A stretch of DNA of 64,000 nt, from assembly GCA_011109175.1 (NCBI GenBank), contig RDEW01000039.1, positions 140,679 through 204,678 of the forward strand. Direction: 5' to 3'. The stretch is from Dicyema japonicum (taxonomy: Eukaryota; Animalia; Dicyemida). Position 1 is the first letter of the stretch; each line of letters starts with the position of its first letter. The notes under the pieces are model-generated. The model was given only the letters and a program-made list of their open reading frames with translations, did not search any database and was not told where the DNA came from. The translations under genes and the position numbers were made by a program. Below, piece by piece: positions 58,240-64,000 of this stretch.

Positions 58240-59836
58240 GACGTCGAATCCAACCCAGGCCCTGAAATCAACCTGGTCCAGATCAATATTAACTGAATAC
58301 GAAACAAGGTGCTGAAGGTCCGCCACTTACTCAATAGAAATGAAATTGACATTGCTCTAGTCCAAGAGACAAAGCTACAAGCATTCATACGGACCCCAAC
58401 CTCCGTTATCCGCAAAAACAGAAATACTAAGCTTGGTGGAGGACTATTGACACTAATAAGAAATAGAATTCAATATGAAGATATTTCAAACAAAATCCGA
58501 AAATTCTATCCAGAAGATGACCATTTGGAACGAGGAAACCTACTGACCAGAAATTTGGGACAATTTTGTATATTGAATAACACTAAAAGCAACACCAGAA
58601 CACCTACTCGAACAGGAGACAAACCTACATTCCCTGACCTCTCTTATGTTCCCCATCAATGTTTCCCTCATCAACTGGACTGTAAAATATGAACTAAGAA
58701 GTGATCACAGCCCTATTATGATGAAAATCAACACTGAAAATAAATTTATTAGACAGAATTCCACTTTTTTAAATTTTGAAAGCGCGTATTGGTCCAACTT
58801 CTCTAATTCCATCGACACCAATATGGAAGTATTTTACACATTGGTATTCTCATCAATTGACCACATGATCAAAACTTTCACGGACATTATACTCCATGCA
58901 AGAAAACTATTTATTCCAATGCCATCAAACAAGGAATACCTATTATAATATGCATAAAGAAATAAATTAAAAGGGCAAAAGGATTTATCAAATGACGATT
59001 TCCAAAAAATGAAAACCTTAAATATACAAATTAAACAAGTTACCCAATCTAGAATCAAGAAGCGATGGACATCACTTATTGATTCTTTATCGTCAAATAC
59101 ATCCGAGACGCTGATTTGGAGAAAAAATAAACATTTGAGACGTTGCAATGAAGGCTCTGAGAAAGCCCTCCACGGACAGGGATGTAGCAACATCGACCCA
59201 AATATTTTAATGAAACACTACGTCGCAATCAGGCATAAAAATTATGACTTGATTGTTTTTTACTCCGCAAGAAGTTCCAAGCGCAATCATGGAATGCAAA
59301 AAACTCCCGTTCCCGAGGTGCTGACAATGTTCTCGATGATGGAACTGAAACACCTTGGTGAAAAAGCAACCGAATTTCTATCATACGTTTATACTCGATC
59401 TGTGAACAATAATATGTTACCTTCTATATGGAAGAAATCCATAATTTTCCTAATTCGGAAGCCAAACAAACCTGCAAACAATCCTTCTTATCGTCCAATT
59501 GCAATATTATGTGCGTTGCCCATAATTATGGAAACATTATATTAACACGAATCAAAGATATACAAAATCGAGTATTTCAGCATGGATTACGTGAAAATCA
59601 CTCTACTACGACTCAACAAAATTAACTCAATATATATCTGATGGATTCTCCTACCCAAAACCACATAAAAGGACTTGAAGAAAGCATCCGACTCCTTGTC
59701 CCGGACGCTACTTATAAAGAAAATTTCTGACACTCTTATAAATCCAAACATTAAAAGATGGCTGTCGAACTTTCTAAATGGAAGAAGAGGACAAGTGATG
59801 TTGGACAACAGAAAATCTAAATTCGTTTATTGGCGA
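58240..59836 (+). mobile_element. I/Jockey-group LINE ORF2 (APE plus RT N-terminal part), running into the gap
   Basis: NPGP..IALVQETKL, GGGLLTLI, SDHSPI, WKKSIIFLIRKPNKP..SYRPIAIL, WLSNFLNGR. Confidence 0.85.
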
Positions 59837-60418
59837 NNNNNNNNNNNNNNNNNNNNNNNNNNNNNNNNNNNNNNNNNNNNNNNNNNNNNNNNNNNNNNNN
59901 NNNNNNNNNNNNNNNNNNNNNNNNNNNNNNNNNNNNNNNNNNNNNNNNNNNNNNNNNNNNNNNNNNNNNNNNNNNNNNNNNNNNNNNNNNNNNNNNNNNN
60001 NNNNNNNNNNNNNNNNNNNNNNNNNNNNNNNNNNNNNNNNNNNNNNNNNNNNNNNNNNNNNNNNNNNNNNNNNNNNNNNNNNNNNNNNNNNNNNNNNNNN
60101 NNNNNNNNNNNNNNNNNNNNNNNNNNNNNNNNNNNNNNNNNNNNNNNNNNNNNNNNNNNNNNNNNNNNNNNNNNNNNNNNNNNNNNNNNNNNNNNNNNNN
60201 NNNNNNNNNNNNNNNNNNNNNNNNNNNNNNNNNNNNNNNNNNNNNNNNNNNNNNNNNNNNNNNNNNNNNNNNNNNNNNNNNNNNNNNNNNNNNNNNNNNN
60301 NNNNNNNNNNNNNNNNNNNNNNNNNNNNNNNNNNNNNNNNNNNNNNNNNNNNNNNNNNNNNNNNNNNNNNNNNNNNNNNNNNNNNNNNNNNNNNNNNNNN
60401 NNNNNNNNNNNNNNNNNN
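59837..60418. other. Assembly gap (582 N)
   Basis: Run of N. Confidence 1.
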
Positions 60419-60539
60419 TAAAAAAATTTCTCTCAACAAATGTGGTAGGACACTTTTTCAGATAGTTGTATGCATATGGATAAATATGTTATTTTTTCAT
60501 TTTTTGTAATAGAAAGTACTTGATTGACAGTTAATCTCG

Positions 60540-60720
60540 ATTCCAGTACTTCGAGTACGTTTAGACTTATTGGTCCACAATCAGTCAGTTTGTATAATTT
60601 ATTGTTTGAGATTTTCTTTGGCCAAGACTATCCAAGGAGTTTTCTTAGTTGGTCTCTGTGAAAAGAGTCAAGTTGTTCCATAGTTATAAATGTCCCACAT
60701 AAATTCCAAAAAAGATTTCC
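60540..60720 (-). mobile_element. RTE 3' fragment
   Basis: EQLDSFHRDQLRKLLG..WPKKISNNKLY. Confidence 0.6.
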
Positions 60721-60994
60721 TTGTGAGTTGATAGAAAATTCAGGATATTTTCTAAAACAGAGAAAATCTTTTCAATGTCATTATTGATTGAACGCGGCAA
60801 CATAGTGAATCATGATCCCACGCTAGTATTTTATTTAAAAACTCGAAAAATCAAAATCAATAAAAATTTTGACCTTTTTGACATTACCCAAAATTTTGAC
60901 TTTTTTTTGACTTGATAACTTTTTATTAATATAATATTTTTGACTAAAAACTACATTTTAATAAGTTTTAAACAATTTTAGAAAAAACATATCA

Positions 60995-61117
60995 AAAGAC
61001 CCACACACAAGAAAAAGAAAAAAAAAGAAGTGAAGATCATTCCTTGGTTCTACGATTAATTAACTGTTCTTTAGTTAAATAAAGTGCGTGTCCTGCCTAT
61101 GCGGAGCTATAAATATT
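60995..61117 (+). mobile_element. SINE family A 3' half, cut at the MULE end
   Basis: Near-identical to 2255-2370 and 27360-27490. Confidence 0.8.
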
Positions 61118-62748
61118 GGTTGTAGGAAAAAAAGTCAAGTGGAAAAAAGGTCAAGCGGAAAAAAAGTCAAGTCGTCTTTTTTTAGTTTATATCGCATTTT
61201 TGTGATACTACTAGCAACTTTAAATTTTTAAAAATTTTTCAATACTTGACTTTTTTTCCGTTTGACTTTTTTTCCGTTTATAAATTAAGATTTTTATTCA
61301 TGATCGTTTCATTTTAAAGTAAGCGAGTTTAGAATAACAAATTATTTAAATAGTTAATTTTGGCAAATGTTAGTGCTTTAGTTTGTAATTGCATTAAAAT
61401 GCCCCGCCACAACTAAAACTACACGTGGTGGAAATAAATTCTAAAAATAAAACAGATTTTTTCTACTTTTAAAATTTTTTAAAATGTTATAAACATGATT
61501 TTTATTTAACGTGAATCAAGGGATTATTTAATGTGAATCAAAATTTATTTAACGTGAATCAAGGGATTATTTAATGTGAATCAAAAGAATATTTAATATT
61601 CCATGCAATTGCTTTTAGGGCTTCTCCTACTGTTTTTTTTCCGTCCTGGCGATCCGAACATATATTTAAAAGCCTTTTTTGTCTATCAATCGTTTTTTAT
61701 TTGTTCTTGTTGAAATTCTTTTTCCAAAGGAATCCTGGTCAATAATAGTTTTCGTCATTTTTTCTTCTTTTTGGAATGACGATATAATATTCCATATCGA
61801 TGGATGACGATATCCCGTCAAATTGTATAATTTATTGTTCCACCCTTCACAATAGTTATTTGTTCTTTGTTTATTATTGAGTGTAGCTTCATACACATTC
61901 CATAAATTTGGAGGAATCAATGGAGCAATGTGCTGTATTCTAACAGCTAAGGGGTTTTCTCGATCATTTAAGCAACGATAATAACCGCGAACATATGTTC
62001 TATCAAAATAATCTAATATATATTTTGAATCTGGAACATTTTCTGGCATATTATTCATTAAGAATTCTATCCCTTCTTCCATATCTTGAATGGGTAAAAA
62101 CGCAAGAGCGTCTATCATTGCGCAAAAAATGTTAAAATTAATATTTTCTTTATATTGTTTTACTAGATGCAATTCTTGAATTTTTCTATTAGTTTTGGTG
62201 CTAAATATCAATATTCTATCGGTTCTTCTATGATTATCATAAATTAAAAAATTTTCTGAATCTGGACCAAGAGTTAAAGATAAAGACGATGGAATATCTC
62301 CGAGATCGAAAATATTTTTTGGAATATGTAGAGACAAGCGTTGATTTCTTAGTGTTCGCTTGAAAGAATCTGCAGAAGGGAGAATAATTCTGGTTGCTGG
62401 AAAAAAGTCAAGGTCAAAAAGATTAAACCAAAGCAAAAAAAATTAAGTCAATTTTATTATAACCTTGAAATTCTTAAATTGATTTAGTCAAAGCGATTAT
62501 ACCAAAGCGGAAAAAAAGTCAAGTCCGTGATTTCGTTAGCGGACTTGACTTTTTTTCCATTTGCGCTAAATTTCGAAAATTTATAAGGGAAAAATTTTCA
62601 AAAATGGGAAAAAAGTCAAGCGGAAAAAAAGTCAAGTATTGAAAAAATTTTAAAAATTAAAAGATGCTAGTAGTATCACAAAAATGCGATATAAACTAAA
62701 AAAAGACGACTTGACTTTTTTTCCGCTTGACTTTTTTTCCGCACTCCC
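61118..62748 (-). mobile_element. Mutator-like (MULE) DNA transposon, internally deleted, with long modular TIRs
   Basis: About 150-bp TIRs (about 61118-61278 and 62605-62748). ORF 61666-62436 has ALAFLPI, YFDRTYV, WNVYEATL..RTNNYCEGWNN and HPSIW motifs. Confidence 0.85.
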
Positions 62749-63234
62749 AATTTAACAGCCAAACATTTAGTCAAAAGAAGAACATACCTTCGAAGGAGAA
62801 TGTAATAAGAATTCGTACACTAAACAAGGAGATTAACAAATATATCAGTAAAACAAACGAGAAACGCTGGACAGAACTATCAAAAGCCCTAACAGAAAAT
62901 CCGTCAGTACAGAAGGTCTGGAACAAAATCAAGTCTATCAAAATGTCTTTTGATGAACCATGGGATATCATTACAACCATATACCTTAATGAAATACTAT
63001 GCTTCCATAGCACATAAAGACCACTCCAAAGAACACCAAGTACTCTTAAACAGAATAAAACCGACATGTGTGGACCACATTTACTGCGGGACATCAGTGG
63101 GCAATATCAAAGGCCCGAAACTCCAAAGCCTGAGGTCCAGACAATATTTCTACAACGGAACTAAAGTATCTAGGACCTCTTGAACTAAAGCATTTAGGAC
63201 ATATTTACAATATGAATAAATCTGAGCCTCTTTG

Positions 63235-63300
63235 CCTTCCCTCAACGGATTGTTAGCATAACTGTTCTCTTCTTTAAAATAAAGTGTCTCCTGCCTATAC
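63235..63300 (+). mobile_element. SINE family A 3' fragment
   Basis: CATAACTGTTCTC..AAATAAAGTGTCTCCTGCCTAT. Confidence 0.5.
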
Positions 63301-64000
63301 ATAGAGATGGTTTTTGCAGAGATGATGATAATTTTAATATGATGAATCCATGCTCCTCAAATGTTCATCAACGCTTTCTCTTTAGTCATTTCGCATTTTT
63401 CTCAACCTTATCAAGATTACTGGATTGGAGAATGTTCGAGAATAAAAAATATATATTTTCACTCGTTGATCGATTGAAGGTTATATTAAGGATTTAGTCG
63501 ATAAATTTGTTAATAATTTTTTCTCATTGGGAATTGTTGCCTAAATTATTCACCATTGGCTTATTTCTTGTTTGTGTTTAATGTTAATGTTGAACTTTTG
63601 ACAGTAAATCGTTTCAAGAGCCAAGACCTTTAAAGAAAAAAATAAGAGACCTTAGGAAAACATTTCGTCTTCAAGCCCGTCGCAGCTGAAACCACGTGGA
63701 TTCCAGAATCCAAATCGTTTCCTACTTACATGTCATCGGATCGATAATGATAAAATAAGGAAGGACAGGAGGACGAGATGGCTGATTAAACGTATAGAAC
63801 AGTGGTTCTCAAGAATTTTGACCCACTCTTACTTTAACAACTTTATTAGCAAGGAAAATTAAAGAAGGAGTTATTTGGCCTCATGTCGCAAGTCCTGCAA
63901 ACGCTTGGACTCTCCTCTGCGCTCAGACCCCTCTTATCGTTTATTCTGTGCTGCAACATACGAGTCAACGATGGCATCTCTTTTTAGGAAGCTTTCCATC

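Noticed and set aside
59675-60465. Long ORFs in the ORF track
   Set aside because: They are artefacts of translating through the N gap.

Overview
AT-rich eukaryotic (animal-type) genomic scaffold using the standard code. About 10 compact host genes are split by 20-34 nt micro-introns and sit in a dense graveyard of transposon fragments. I could assemble these genes by hand: a POLR1D-isoform-2-like micro-gene, MLX, mitochondrial SerRS (SARS2), a Rab11-FIP3/4-like gene, a divergent profilin, an MTMR9-like pseudophosphatase, a cathepsin L-like protease, CNOT11, two orphans, a putative Sp/NET-box gene and tRNA-Glu(TTC). The micro-introns plus metazoan genes suggest a reduced parasite such as a dicyemid or myxozoan (inference). 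Mobile DNA includes RTE, I/Jockey-like, CRE-like and R4/Dong-like non-LTR fragments, a Buster-type hAT and a Mutator-like element with modular TIRs. The most notable signals are two SINE-like families, each sharing a 3' tail with a LINE family in the window. One of these has no clear tRNA head but an invariant 16-nt 5' end, and one copy has a twin-priming-type inversion. All assignments come from manual translation and motif recall; no database search was run. There is a 582-nt N gap at 59837-60418.
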